Positions 21,679 through 32,424 of a stretch of DNA of 64,000 nucleotides are shown piece by piece (position 1 is the first letter of the stretch; each line of letters begins with the position of its first letter). Location: assembly GCA_963675245.1 (NCBI GenBank), contig OY775910.1, positions 352,001 to 416,000 of the forward strand, in the 5' to 3' direction. The position numbers and the translations under genes were made by a program. The stretch comes from Acholeplasmataceae bacterium (GTDB taxonomy: Bacteria; Bacillota_I; Bacilli_A; Acholeplasmatales; Acholeplasmataceae). The notes under the pieces were generated by a model. That model was not told the origin of the DNA, did not search any database, and saw only the letters and a program-made list of their open reading frames with translations.

Positions 21679-24642
21679 TTACTTAACCAATCTTGTAATT
21701 TTCTCTAAAATATATGATTTTTTATCTTTGTAATTATTTTCTTTAATCGAAAAAATCTTCATTTCTTGATCATGCAATTCGTCTTCATAACGAGCATATG
21801 TTCTGGTGAATAACGTCGCTTCCACACGCGTTTCACCATCTTCTATGGTTACAAATCCCATTTTATCATCATTTTTAGTTTTTATCTCTTTTATATCTGA
21901 AATAAATCCAAGTGCTTTAACCATCGGTTTCGTCGATAAATCAATCAATTTGTCCAAATTGTTTTTTTCAATAAAATCTTGATGAACAATAAGGGGATGA
22001 TAAGTTAAGTTAAATCCAAGTGCTTGTTTTTCTCTTTCAGCAAGTTCAGAAAAAGGAAATTCTTCATATGATTTCATCTTGAAATCATCCATGTAAAGTT
22101 CATAATCAGCAAACGACACCTCTTGCTGTTCAAAAAGTGTCCGGTGATTTAAATTAAAACGGTCTAGTGCACCCGCATCAATTAACATCTCAATATTACG
22201 TTGATTTAATACTGATTTTAACCGTAATTTAAAATCCTGATAGTCTTTAAACGTTGCTTCATGTCTTTCTTCTAGAATTTTTGAGACGAGTACTTTTCCT
22301 AAATTCTTAATTTGTGTAAGTGGTAATCGAATTCCTTCTTTTGATAGTTCATAGCGATCAGTACTTAAGTTAATGTCTGGTGGTAAAACTCTGATTTGAT
22401 GACGTTTGACATCTTGAATATAATCAAAAGTTGTTTGACTATTACCGATAACATTTGACATCAATACGGTCATAAACATATCATAATAATTTACTTTTAA
22501 ATAAGTCATTTGATAGGCAACCAAACCATAAGCGACACTATGACTTCGGTTAAACCCATAATCTGCAAACTTAACGATATAATCATATATTTCTTCAGCA
22601 ACCGTTGCACTATAGCCTTTTTGTCTGCATTTTTCGTTAAATCTGATGCGTTCCTTCTCTAATATGTCATGATTCTTTTTAGAGATACCTCTTCGAAGTA
22701 AATCTGCTTCAGATAGCGTGTAACCTGCAAATTCGTGAGCAATCTTCATGATTTGCTCTTGATAAACAATAATGCCATAGGTTGACGCTAGAATAGGTTC
22801 TAAATCTTTATGTAGATAATGAAATGACTCACCATTTCTCCGTTTCACATATGTATCTATATGGTCCATTGGACCTGGTCTGTAAAGAGCGAGTATCGCG
22901 ACGATGTCTTCAAATTCACGTGGTTTTAATTTACGTAATGCAGCACGCATACCTGATGATTCTAGTTGGAAAATACCAAACGTGTCTGCCTCACTTAATG
23001 TCCTGTAAACTTTTGGATCATCCAAAGGAATCTCCATCAAATTAAACTTAGCGTCTTTGTCTTTAATTAAGTCAACCACATCATTGATAATGGCAAGGTT
23101 TCTAATGCCTAAAAAATCTATCTTTAATAGACCCAATTTTTCTAAATCAGATGCTTCCCATTGTGATTGATAATAACCGTTATTATCTAACTGTAAAGGT
23201 AGGTATTTTGTTAAATCTTGTTTCGCTAAAATCATACCTGCAGCATGTGTACCAGTATGTCTAGGTAACCCTTCGATACGTTTTGATACATCTCTTAATT
23301 TCATCATTTCACGATCAGTTTCGTCTAATTTATCACTCGTAATACGCTTGATAATACCTGTGACGCGATTATGATCAATGTCCATGACTCTTGCAATATC
23401 TCTTATGGATGATTTAACGGCGAAGGTCCCGAATGTTACAATCGAAATCATGTGTTCTTTTCCGTACTTTTCACTGACATAACGGATCACATCATCTCTT
23501 CTGTTATCTGGAAAATCCAGATCAATGTCAGGCATTGTAATTCTTGCCGGATTTAAGAATCTTTCAAATAATAAGTCATATTTAATTGGATCAACATCTG
23601 TAATCCCTAAACAATATGAAACAAGTGAACCAGCTGCTGATCCTCTACCAGGACCAACCAAAATACCGTTTTGTTTTGCATATCTAACAAAATCAAAAAC
23701 AATTAAGAAATAATTATCGTAACCCATATCATGAATCACATTCAGTTCATAAATGAGTCTTTCTTGATAAATATCATGATTAACTTTCAATCCTGTTAAT
23801 CGTTTTTTTAATCCCATGATTGCTAACGATTTTAAATACTCAGAAGTCACCGCACCTCTCGTATCATAAACTGGCATATCAAAGACGGGTGAAACCCATT
23901 TAAATGTGATTGTACGCACCAGTTCATCCGCATTATCAAATACAAAAGGATAATCAATAAACATGGCTTGAAGTTCTTTTTGAGTTAAAAATTTATAATT
24001 CGCTGTTTCAGGTATAACAACATCGCTCCTACCTATTTTAAGTAGTGCTTGATATGTTTCTTTATCACCTTCATCAAAATACGATGTTTGATGTAATGGT
24101 AATAATTTGAGTTTGTTTTCTTCAGCAATTTGAGTAAGATAGGGTGCTACTTTAATTTCTAAATCAATGGTATCTAAACATAGTCCAATATAGAGGTTTT
24201 TTATTTCTTTTTTTAATCTTTTAACAAATGAATGCGCATCCGTTAAGTTTTCATTGATGATGTATTTTGTTAGTAATGAATCTTCACCAGAAGTAATGAT
24301 AATTAACCCTTCTTGATGATTGACTAAATCTGCATAATCAAGTTTATGGGTTGATTTTTTAAGTGCTAGTTTTAAAAGATTTTCATAACCCCTTTGGGTT
24401 TTAACATAAGCAAAAAAAGACGTGTCATATATATCAAATATAACGTCTAATTTAAGCCCTATAATCGGCTTAAGACCAGCCTTTTCACTCATTTGAATAA
24501 AGCGATATAATGCATGCAAATTATCATCTGCAAGTCCAATCCATTGAAATCCGTTTTTCTTAGTCACTTCAACGAGATCTTTTAATGGTATGGTGTTTTT
24601 TAAAAGGCTGTATTCACTTTGCATATAAAATGTGGAAAACAT
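21679..24642 (-). CDS. dnaE: DNA polymerase III subunit alpha
   Basis: GPGRGSAAGSLV, FERFLNP, MPDIDLDF, KIDFLG, YGFNRSH. Confidence 0.96.
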   Translation of the reverse strand: MFSTFYMQSEYSLLKNTIPLKDLVEVTKKNGFQWIGLADDNLHALYRFIQMSEKAGLKPIIGLKLDVIFDIYDTSFFAYVKTQRGYENLLKLALKKSTHKLDYADLVNHQEGLIIITSGEDSLLTKYIINENLTDAHSFVKRLKKEIKNLYIGLCLDTIDLEIKVAPYLTQIAEENKLKLLPLHQTSYFDEGDKETYQALLKIGRSDVVIPETANYKFLTQKELQAMFIDYPFVFDNADELVRTITFKWVSPVFDMPVYDTRGAVTSEYLKSLAIMGLKKRLTGLKVNHDIYQERLIYELNVIHDMGYDNYFLIVFDFVRYAKQNGILVGPGRGSAAGSLVSYCLGITDVDPIKYDLLFERFLNPARITMPDIDLDFPDNRRDDVIRYVSEKYGKEHMISIVTFGTFAVKSSIRDIARVMDIDHNRVTGIIKRITSDKLDETDREMMKLRDVSKRIEGLPRHTGTHAAGMILAKQDLTKYLPLQLDNNGYYQSQWEASDLEKLGLLKIDFLGIRNLAIINDVVDLIKDKDAKFNLMEIPLDDPKVYRTLSEADTFGIFQLESSGMRAALRKLKPREFEDIVAILALYRPGPMDHIDTYVKRRNGESFHYLHKDLEPILASTYGIIVYQEQIMKIAHEFAGYTLSEADLLRRGISKKNHDILEKERIRFNEKCRQKGYSATVAEEIYDYIVKFADYGFNRSHSVAYGLVAYQMTYLKVNYYDMFMTVLMSNVIGNSQTTFDYIQDVKRHQIRVLPPDINLSTDRYELSKEGIRLPLTQIKNLGKVLVSKILEERHEATFKDYQDFKLRLKSVLNQRNIEMLIDAGALDRFNLNHRTLFEQQEVSFADYELYMDDFKMKSYEEFPFSELAEREKQALGFNLTYHPLIVHQDFIEKNNLDKLIDLSTKPMVKALGFISDIKEIKTKNDDKMGFVTIEDGETRVEATLFTRTYARYEDELHDQEMKIFSIKENNYKDKKSYILEKITRLVK

Positions 24643-24725
24643 CTAATCACCCTTTATGTCCATTATATCAATTTAGCTAGTGAAACACTAAAAAAAAATG
24701 CTTTGCAGCATTTTTAATTGGTTAC

Positions 24726-25154
24726 TCAAAAACTTGCAAAACCTTTACCGAATTCAAAGCACTCCTCTTCTTCATCTGAAGATGGTGTTGAATTGATTTT
24801 TAATCCTTGTGCATAAAGGTTAGCACCAGCTTCTTTCACACGTGGTTCCCAAGCATCCATCCATTCACCATCACCCCAGCCATATGAACCAAAGATCGCG
24901 ACTTTTTTACCCGCTAAATCACCTTCAATGTCTTGGAAGAAAGGTTCAAATTCTTCTTCTTCTAATTCCTCAACACCCATCGACGGGCAACCAAACGCAA
25001 TTTTATCAAATGATTGAATGTCTTCAAGTGATACAGCATCCACTGTTCGATAATCTACTTCTAAACCACCAGCTTCAAGACCTTCTTTAATTTTTTCAGC
25101 CATTATTTCTGTATTTCCTGTACCCGTCCAATAGACGAGTAGTACGTCAGCCAT
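24726..25154 (-). CDS. Short-chain flavodoxin
   Basis: YWTGTGNTE FMN loop, GCPSMG, FGSYGWG. Confidence 0.95.
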   Translation of the reverse strand: MADVLLVYWTGTGNTEIMAEKIKEGLEAGGLEVDYRTVDAVSLEDIQSFDKIAFGCPSMGVEELEEEEFEPFFQDIEGDLAGKKVAIFGSYGWGDGEWMDAWEPRVKEAGANLYAQGLKINSTPSSDEEEECFEFGKGFASF

Positions 25155-25222
25155 AATTTGTCATCTCCTCTTTATACGTCCATATTATAGGTGATACAAC
25201 ACACGATGTCAAAGGATTTAAT

Positions 25223-27280
25223 CTAACCCCTCTTCTTAATCGCGACCATGATAATACCTCCAGTTAAGAGAATCACAGTCATCGGTATAAAATTTTCAAA
25301 TGTGTATGGTTGATTGTGTGCTATAATCACTATCGATCTTTGTGCCATACTATAATTTCCTCTTGCATCTTGACAAATATAAGTGATGATTTGTTCACCA
25401 GGGATATGTGTATCAATATGGGATGGAAAAACCATGATATCATATGAAGACGTTTCTTCATAAATCGTTACGCCATCTAATAAATTTATATCATCATATT
25501 GGTTAATCGTTAGATTACTAAACGTAATAGTCGGTGCGATAAAGTCATCGACATATACCGTTAGCACCTTCATCGCATCATTACCTGAACTATCCATGAT
25601 CTCATAAGTGATTTGATAGACACCTACCGTTTGAACATCCACTTCACCATGAATAATAACATCATCAATTGTTAAATCATCATAATTGTCGTCAACAGAT
25701 TGAATATATGCATATAAATGTAGGGCTTCGCTATGGACTGATATTGTTAAACTTTCTTTAGTCAATTCAATGATTGGTGAGGTAACATCGATAATAAATA
25801 ACTCTGTATCATAAGATGTTATTTGACCAGATGTATCACTCACATGAACTGTAAGTGGATAAATGCCCAATGTCTCATAGTCAACATCATGATCATCGAT
25901 GGTTATCATTAAAGATGCTTTATCGTCATAATTATCAAAAACATCAAAATAGCTATCTAGAACATGTGGTAAAAAATCAGTAATGACGATATCATTAATT
26001 TGTGTCATGCCAGGTGGAGTTATATCTATAATCTCAATGTAGTCGTAATATGTTGATACATTACCACTGGTATCCTCAGCCGTAACAATAATTGGATATA
26101 AACCTATCTTGTCATAATCAATATCCGTTTCAATTTGAATATCTAACACATCTTCATCATAATTATCGGTTACTAAAAAATAAGAAGCTATAAATAGTTC
26201 AGGACTAAAGACAGGGAAGACGAGGTCTTCTTTTTTTGTAATGATAGGCTTAACATTATCAATAACCTCAATCTCTAATGTCTCATTGACTTCATGACCT
26301 TGATCATCTGTTAGGTGATAAAAAATGTGATAACTGCCTATACGATCAATTTGAATATCATGAGAGATTGCAACATCCAAACTATTTAATATGTCATCAC
26401 CGTCACCAACAGATATAATGAACTTCCTTAAGTCATCTAAAGCATCTTCATCATACACGGTCATTGGTGCGGGATTAGTTTGTAATAAGATAAATGGTTC
26501 ACTAACATCAATAATTGTTAAAATCGTCTTCAATTCTGATTGATTACCGCTTTGATCAATCGCTTTAATCGTGACTTCAAAGCTACCTTCTAAATCATAA
26601 TTAATGGTTGATTCATCCATGCTAGGGTGAATAAATTGATCGTAATTATCTTCTACACTAAAATAATCACGCATCAAATAAGTCTCACCTAGTTCAATCA
26701 CAAAATCTTTTTTCTGAATAATCTGCGGTTTTGTTGTGTCAACAATATGGACATAGCTTGATAACGTCGTTTCATTTAAGGAAGTATCCATGACCGTATA
26801 CGTTATATCATATATGCCTACAACGTCATATAGCACGCTATTTGTATGATATGAGATCATCAAGTTTTCGATGTCATCATAGTTATCACTATAATAAAAA
26901 CCCTCCTCATAATCTGGTGGATCAGATCCAACTTCTAATGTGAAGACAGGTAATCGGTCAATTGAGGGACGAATATCATCAATGACATTAAATGTAATGG
27001 TGTATTCTTTTCTGTAATCATACTGTTCAAAGTATGCTTCAAAATCAACATAATACGTTCTAACGATGTTTGTGTTCACGACAGATAAAAACGTTCTATT
27101 CACACCATCGGTTTGCATATATGGTATATCGCTTTGAGCCACACCATCAACGATGATAACCGCTTCAACCATATCTGCATAATCATTGATGTCTGCACCT
27201 AAAGGCACATCAAGAATAGCGTTAAACCAAGAGACAGTGATGGTAGTTAAAATTGTCATAAATTGCGTCAAAAAAGCCAT
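25223..27280 (-). CDS. Surface protein with about 7-8 bacterial Ig-like (DUF5011/HYR-type) repeats and C-terminal membrane anchor
   Basis: Repeats D..P.I...DNYD...D....G.Y.I.Y...D.SGN; C-terminal hydrophobic helix followed by KKRG. Confidence 0.85.
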   Translation of the reverse strand: MAFLTQFMTILTTITVSWFNAILDVPLGADINDYADMVEAVIIVDGVAQSDIPYMQTDGVNRTFLSVVNTNIVRTYYVDFEAYFEQYDYRKEYTITFNVIDDIRPSIDRLPVFTLEVGSDPPDYEEGFYYSDNYDDIENLMISYHTNSVLYDVVGIYDITYTVMDTSLNETTLSSYVHIVDTTKPQIIQKKDFVIELGETYLMRDYFSVEDNYDQFIHPSMDESTINYDLEGSFEVTIKAIDQSGNQSELKTILTIIDVSEPFILLQTNPAPMTVYDEDALDDLRKFIISVGDGDDILNSLDVAISHDIQIDRIGSYHIFYHLTDDQGHEVNETLEIEVIDNVKPIITKKEDLVFPVFSPELFIASYFLVTDNYDEDVLDIQIETDIDYDKIGLYPIIVTAEDTSGNVSTYYDYIEIIDITPPGMTQINDIVITDFLPHVLDSYFDVFDNYDDKASLMITIDDHDVDYETLGIYPLTVHVSDTSGQITSYDTELFIIDVTSPIIELTKESLTISVHSEALHLYAYIQSVDDNYDDLTIDDVIIHGEVDVQTVGVYQITYEIMDSSGNDAMKVLTVYVDDFIAPTITFSNLTINQYDDINLLDGVTIYEETSSYDIMVFPSHIDTHIPGEQIITYICQDARGNYSMAQRSIVIIAHNQPYTFENFIPMTVILLTGGIIMVAIKKRG

Positions 27281-27325
27281 ATGATCACCTCTATTAAATA
27301 ATAGTGTTTCACATGGCTTTTTACT

Positions 27326-29149
27326 TTATTCTATGATGCCCTGTAATCTTTCTTGTAAAAATTGATTCTTATACAGATTAAAATACTTTCCTCGTTTTTC
27401 AATGAGTTCATCATGTGTACCCATTTCAATGATTTTACCCATTTCAAGCATGACGATTAAATCCGCATTGACAATCGTTGATAATCTGTGAGCAACGATA
27501 AAACTCGTACGATCTTTCAATAGCTTTTCAGTCGCGTCTTGGATGACGAGTTCTGATTCTGAGTCAATGGATGACGTCGCTTCGTCTAAGATGAGAATTC
27601 GTGGATCGGCAAGTACAGCTCTAGCAAAACTGATAAGCTGCTTTTGACCAACTGACAAGAGATTACCACCTTCACCAACAAATGTCTCATACCCTTTTTC
27701 TAATTTATCTACAAAAGCTGCGACACCGACGGATTTTGCTGCACTGATGACTTCTTCATCTGTCGCACTTAATTTACCATAACGAATATTTTCCATAATG
27801 GTAGTAGAGAATAAATGTGGCGATTGTAATACATAACCAAGTCTCTTATGAAGCCAATGAATACTTCTTTCACGATAATCAATACCGTCAATTAGCAATT
27901 GTCCCTTTTTAGGTTCATAAAAACGTGATAAGAGATTAACCATCGTTGTTTTACCAGATCCAGTATGTCCAACTAAAGCGACGGATTGTCCAGCTTTAAT
28001 CTTAAAATTAAAGTTTTCCAATATCGTTTCGTTTTCATTATAGTTAAATGTAATGTCTCTAAACTCAACGTCACCTTTTAAATCTTCCCAATTGTCTCTA
28101 TGATCATTAAATAAATCACCATATTTTTCAATGACGTCAGGACGATCAACAATTTCAGGTTCAGTTTCAATAAGACCCGTTAAACGTTCTGCGGATGCTT
28201 GCGCATTTTGAAAGTCTGATAATATTTGGGTAATGACCATAACTGGTTCAAAGAAATTGATAGTGTATGCAATAAACATTTGTAGTGTACCAATCGTGAT
28301 AAATATCCCTAAGACATAAACACTACCTTGATACATCGTGACAGCAACCCCAACATACGCTAAGATCAAAATAATACTTGAGAAAATGGCTGACATAATA
28401 ACCGCTCTCACACTCGCTTTTTTTAGCTTACGTGCAGTGACTTCAAACTCATCGTAATTGTCTTGTTCAATCGATAACGATTTTGTTGTTTTAGCACCTG
28501 AGAATCCTTCATTGTATTGCGCTGTAAGTTGTGAGTTATGTTTCTTAGCAATACGATGACGATGAAGAATCGCTTTCTGGAAAAAATACGCGATGACAAG
28601 CATGATTGGTAAAAGTATGGTAATAATTAACGCGAGTTTAACATAGGTAAAATATAACACGATGAGAATGCCAATCATCTGTAAACCAGCCCATAGGAAG
28701 TCGACAATACCCCATGAGACGATCAATGCTAATTTTCTCGTATCTGAGGTCATTCTTGCCATAATCCAACCTTGTGGTGTTTTATCAAAATATGAGTAAG
28801 GTAACCTTTGAATATTTCTAAACGCTTGTTTTCTAAACGTATACGACGTATTCGCTTCGATAATACCAGCTTGCTTAATGAATCCCCAAACACATAGGCC
28901 AAATCCTAATGCTACCAAAATATTGATAACAACAAATATCGGCCATGTTGCATAGTCGTTCCCTAAAAAGAATACATCAATTGCGTAACGGTTAATCAGT
29001 GGCCATGCCACATCTAAAGACGCAACGACAATGACGAAAAACATTAATAATATGATATTTTTACGTGAACTGAAAACGATTCTGATAATCTTTTTCCACG
29101 TATTAAGACTTACCTTCTGCTGGATGTCTTGATCATCTTCATGATGCAT
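27326..29149 (-). CDS. ABC exporter, fused permease/ATPase subunit
   Basis: N-terminal TMD, GHTGSGKT, LSVGQKQ, ILDEATS, AHRL. Confidence 0.93.
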   Translation of the reverse strand: MHHEDDQDIQQKVSLNTWKKIIRIVFSSRKNIILLMFFVIVVASLDVAWPLINRYAIDVFFLGNDYATWPIFVVINILVALGFGLCVWGFIKQAGIIEANTSYTFRKQAFRNIQRLPYSYFDKTPQGWIMARMTSDTRKLALIVSWGIVDFLWAGLQMIGILIVLYFTYVKLALIITILLPIMLVIAYFFQKAILHRHRIAKKHNSQLTAQYNEGFSGAKTTKSLSIEQDNYDEFEVTARKLKKASVRAVIMSAIFSSIILILAYVGVAVTMYQGSVYVLGIFITIGTLQMFIAYTINFFEPVMVITQILSDFQNAQASAERLTGLIETEPEIVDRPDVIEKYGDLFNDHRDNWEDLKGDVEFRDITFNYNENETILENFNFKIKAGQSVALVGHTGSGKTTMVNLLSRFYEPKKGQLLIDGIDYRERSIHWLHKRLGYVLQSPHLFSTTIMENIRYGKLSATDEEVISAAKSVGVAAFVDKLEKGYETFVGEGGNLLSVGQKQLISFARAVLADPRILILDEATSSIDSESELVIQDATEKLLKDRTSFIVAHRLSTIVNADLIVMLEMGKIIEMGTHDELIEKRGKYFNLYKNQFLQERLQGIIE

Positions 29150-30983
29150 CAGAATCACCTGCCTTAATCATGTCAAGGAATTCTTTTTCAAGGCGTCCTT
29201 GGATATCCCAAATCTTCTTATAAAGACCTGGTTTATGACTTAATTCGTCATGGGTGCCAATCGCTTCAATCATACCGTTTTCTAGAACGATAATCATATC
29301 GGCTTCCTTGGCAGTTGTAATACGGTGGGTAATGATGATTGATGTATGGTCTGTATCTTTTTTAGATAATGCTTCTCGAATCATCATATCTGTTTGGGTG
29401 TCAACAGCACTTAAAGCATCATCAAAAATGAGGATTGGTTTATCGCTAACAAGTATACGTGCAATCGCTACTCTTTGTTTTTGACCACCTGAAAGGGTTG
29501 TTCCTTTTTCACCTACAACAGTGTCATAACCTTGTTGGAAGGTATTAATATCTTTTTCTAGTGCTGCGATACGAGCTGCTTCAACAACTCTTTCTCTTGT
29601 GGCTTTTTTATGTGCAATCGCAATATTCTCAAACACTGTTTTAGAATATAGGAATGGGTCTTGTAAAACAACACCAATTTCTTTTCTGATGTATGTCTTT
29701 TTAATATCAGTTAATTTGACGCCATCCATATAAATATCGCCACTCTGATAGTCATACATTCTAAGTAAGAGATTAATGATTGTCGATTTACCTGAACCGG
29801 TACGACCAATAATCGCAACCGTTTGTCCTGCTTTAATATCAAATGAAACGTCTTTTAATAAATGTTCGTTACTATCATCGAATTTGAATGAGACATGATC
29901 AAATCGAATATTGCCTTTAATGTCTGGTGTTTCTTTACCATCAATATCAAATTCACTCGGTTTATCCAAAATTTCATTTAAGCGATCTGATGATACTAAT
30001 GCTTTAGAGAAGTCACTAATTAAACGTCCAAGACCACGTATTGGCCAAATGAGCATACCCACTAGTTGGAGTGCTGCAGCAACAGCAGCAGCATCCATAA
30101 TACCATTTGTGATACCATATGCACCAACAGCAATGATAATTAAATATTGATTGATGCTGATAAAATCCATGGAACCCCAATAGATCGCGATAATCTTAGT
30201 CGCATGAATTTGCATATTACGATAACTACTATTTTTCTCTTCCATTTTTTCAAGTTCAAATGATTCATTCGCAAATGCTCTAACAACACGCGAACCTGAA
30301 ACACTTTCTTGAACAACGGTGATCATTTTTGATTCGCGTTCTTCTACTTCTTTAAACACTTTATCAATCTTAGTGAAATAAATAATTGATGAGGTAGCCA
30401 TAATCGGTGCAATCGATAATGTTATCCAAACCATTGTTGGATTGATGATAGCGAGTTGATAAGCCCCAAAGATTAATGTGAAGATGAGATGTGCGAAATC
30501 TAATAAACGATTCGTTAAAAATAAAGAAGTTGTTTCAATATCTGTTGTCACACGCTGAATTAAGTCACCCGTATCAACATTATTATGGAATTTATAGTCA
30601 AGTTGTTGGATGTGATGATACATTCTAAGACGCATATCTCTCGCAGTACCTTCCATCATATGACCTCTTAACCATAAATCAAAGAATCTTAAAGAAAATC
30701 TAAACACTTGCAGTACCACAAGGCTTAATGCAATTCTAAAAATAATATTTAATACATCTGAGTCCATGGATAAAAACTGTATGACAAAAGACGGTAAGTT
30801 AGCTTCATTTACCGAGACATCTCCCAAAGTCACACCTGGTTGTTCCATCAGTGTTTGGATTAAATATTGTGTAAATAGTGGTACGTTTGAATATGTATAT
30901 TGAAGAATCGCTGTAAATAATACAGCGACAAAAAATAACACCCAGTACCCTTTGCCTAATTTCAATAGCCTCATAACGCGCAT
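29139..30983 (-). CDS. ABC exporter, fused permease/ATPase subunit (degenerate Walker B)
   Basis: GRTGSGKS, LSGGQKQR, IFDDALSAVD; heterodimer partner of the downstream gene. Confidence 0.92.
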   Translation of the reverse strand: MRVMRLLKLGKGYWVLFFVAVLFTAILQYTYSNVPLFTQYLIQTLMEQPGVTLGDVSVNEANLPSFVIQFLSMDSDVLNIIFRIALSLVVLQVFRFSLRFFDLWLRGHMMEGTARDMRLRMYHHIQQLDYKFHNNVDTGDLIQRVTTDIETTSLFLTNRLLDFAHLIFTLIFGAYQLAIINPTMVWITLSIAPIMATSSIIYFTKIDKVFKEVEERESKMITVVQESVSGSRVVRAFANESFELEKMEEKNSSYRNMQIHATKIIAIYWGSMDFISINQYLIIIAVGAYGITNGIMDAAAVAAALQLVGMLIWPIRGLGRLISDFSKALVSSDRLNEILDKPSEFDIDGKETPDIKGNIRFDHVSFKFDDSNEHLLKDVSFDIKAGQTVAIIGRTGSGKSTIINLLLRMYDYQSGDIYMDGVKLTDIKKTYIRKEIGVVLQDPFLYSKTVFENIAIAHKKATRERVVEAARIAALEKDINTFQQGYDTVVGEKGTTLSGGQKQRVAIARILVSDKPILIFDDALSAVDTQTDMMIREALSKKDTDHTSIIITHRITTAKEADMIIVLENGMIEAIGTHDELSHKPGLYKKIWDIQGRLEKEFLDMIKAGDSDAS

Positions 30984-31057
30984 ACAAATCATTCCTCCAT
31001 GCCACAAATAAGTATACAATACTTATTATGAAATAGCAATCTACAAACGCTTTCATT

Positions 31058-32332
31058 TTACACAAAAAAAGAGCCTGTCGGCTCTTCGCTTGAAAATGAT
31101 AATGATTTTTTCAATAATTCTATTTTATGATTGAATTTATGGAATACCTCAGTCGCTTCTTTGTAGTAAAAATATTTGCTAAATAGTCGATGTGAACTTT
31201 TCTGGAGATACTTAAGAACTTGTACATTATCTGTTAAAAAGTTATTTCCTAAAATAACATGTCTTAGATAAATCAGCAAATTTTCTTTAGAACTCATATG
31301 TTTTGTCTTTATAAACGAAACGATTAATTTTTGATCATTGGAAAGTTTGACGTTTGGTTGCATCTTGAGTAAATGCTTAATCTCATCTTTGTGATGCAAC
31401 CCATCTAATGTTTTCAATTTTATAATGAACCATTTGCTATCCATTGTTTTAACTTGTTCATTTATAAGATTTAATACTGCTTTGTACTGTTGATTAGCAA
31501 ATAGATTTAATGCTTTGGCATAAACATAATTCTTTTTAGGTATACCTTGATGATGACTTAATAATTTTTTATATGATGAAATGCTCATTCTTTGTGAAAA
31601 ATAAGTCATTCTTTGAATTTGTAAATCATTAATTTGCTTATAATATCCTAGCTTTATGAGTTTTTCTTGATACGATGGATATAACAAATGAAAGAGAGAA
31701 GAATTTTCCATTTGTATCGCATTTATTAACAACCATTTATCCCTATATAATAACAATATATCCGAGATACCATCATAAGTCATTTCAGTTAATAATTCGC
31801 TAGCTTCTTGATATCTTGATTCATCAAACAACATTTGACTTACAAGACAAATTAAAATAGCAAACTCTTCATCAGGCATACTACTAATCATTGGTATGAT
31901 TTGTTGATATGTTTGATGAATTTCAGCATTCTTTTTATTAAGAATATACAGTCCTAATTTCAATAAGCTTGTTTGATAATTCATTTGTGTCCCTATATGA
32001 TGCTCATATGTTTCAGGAAGTTTTCGATCGTTTAGTAATGATATTATGAGTTTATATTTTAAACCTTGATAAACATTATTATCAATATCCAAATGATCTT
32101 CATCTATACAAAAACGTTGTTTCAATTTGATAACATACTTTTCACTAGGAACAATGATATTATTTTCTAACTTTGATAAATAAGAAACACTGCATATATT
32201 CTCAGATGCTTCTTCTAACGTCATTTTTAGTGCATGACGTTTAAATTTGATGGCAGAGCCAATCGGTAAATTTTCTTTCCTGTGATGTCTCTTTTTTGCT
32301 GCAACCTTAAAACGTATCATATTTAATCGCAT
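31058..32332 (-). CDS. XRE-family HTH regulator with long helical (TPR-like) C-terminus, NprR/PlcR-like
   Basis: IGSAIKFKR...MTLEEASENICSVSYLSKLEN HTH followed by about 350 aa of likely helical sequence. Confidence 0.75.
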   Translation of the reverse strand: MRLNMIRFKVAAKKRHHRKENLPIGSAIKFKRHALKMTLEEASENICSVSYLSKLENNIIVPSEKYVIKLKQRFCIDEDHLDIDNNVYQGLKYKLIISLLNDRKLPETYEHHIGTQMNYQTSLLKLGLYILNKKNAEIHQTYQQIIPMISSMPDEEFAILICLVSQMLFDESRYQEASELLTEMTYDGISDILLLYRDKWLLINAIQMENSSLFHLLYPSYQEKLIKLGYYKQINDLQIQRMTYFSQRMSISSYKKLLSHHQGIPKKNYVYAKALNLFANQQYKAVLNLINEQVKTMDSKWFIIKLKTLDGLHHKDEIKHLLKMQPNVKLSNDQKLIVSFIKTKHMSSKENLLIYLRHVILGNNFLTDNVQVLKYLQKSSHRLFSKYFYYKEATEVFHKFNHKIELLKKSLSFSSEEPTGSFFV

Positions 32333-32424
32333 TTATAATTCCCCCCTGTTCAATAAAACATACGATTATTATTATAAAAATCAAATCATTAAAATCCACA
32401 AATTTTTTGAAAAAAAAGACATCA

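Noticed and set aside
30805..31065. 86-aa ORF as a pheromone precursor for the XRE regulator
   Set aside because: It mostly overlaps the ABC gene out of frame, has no clear RBS and is too long for a typical RRNPP propeptide.
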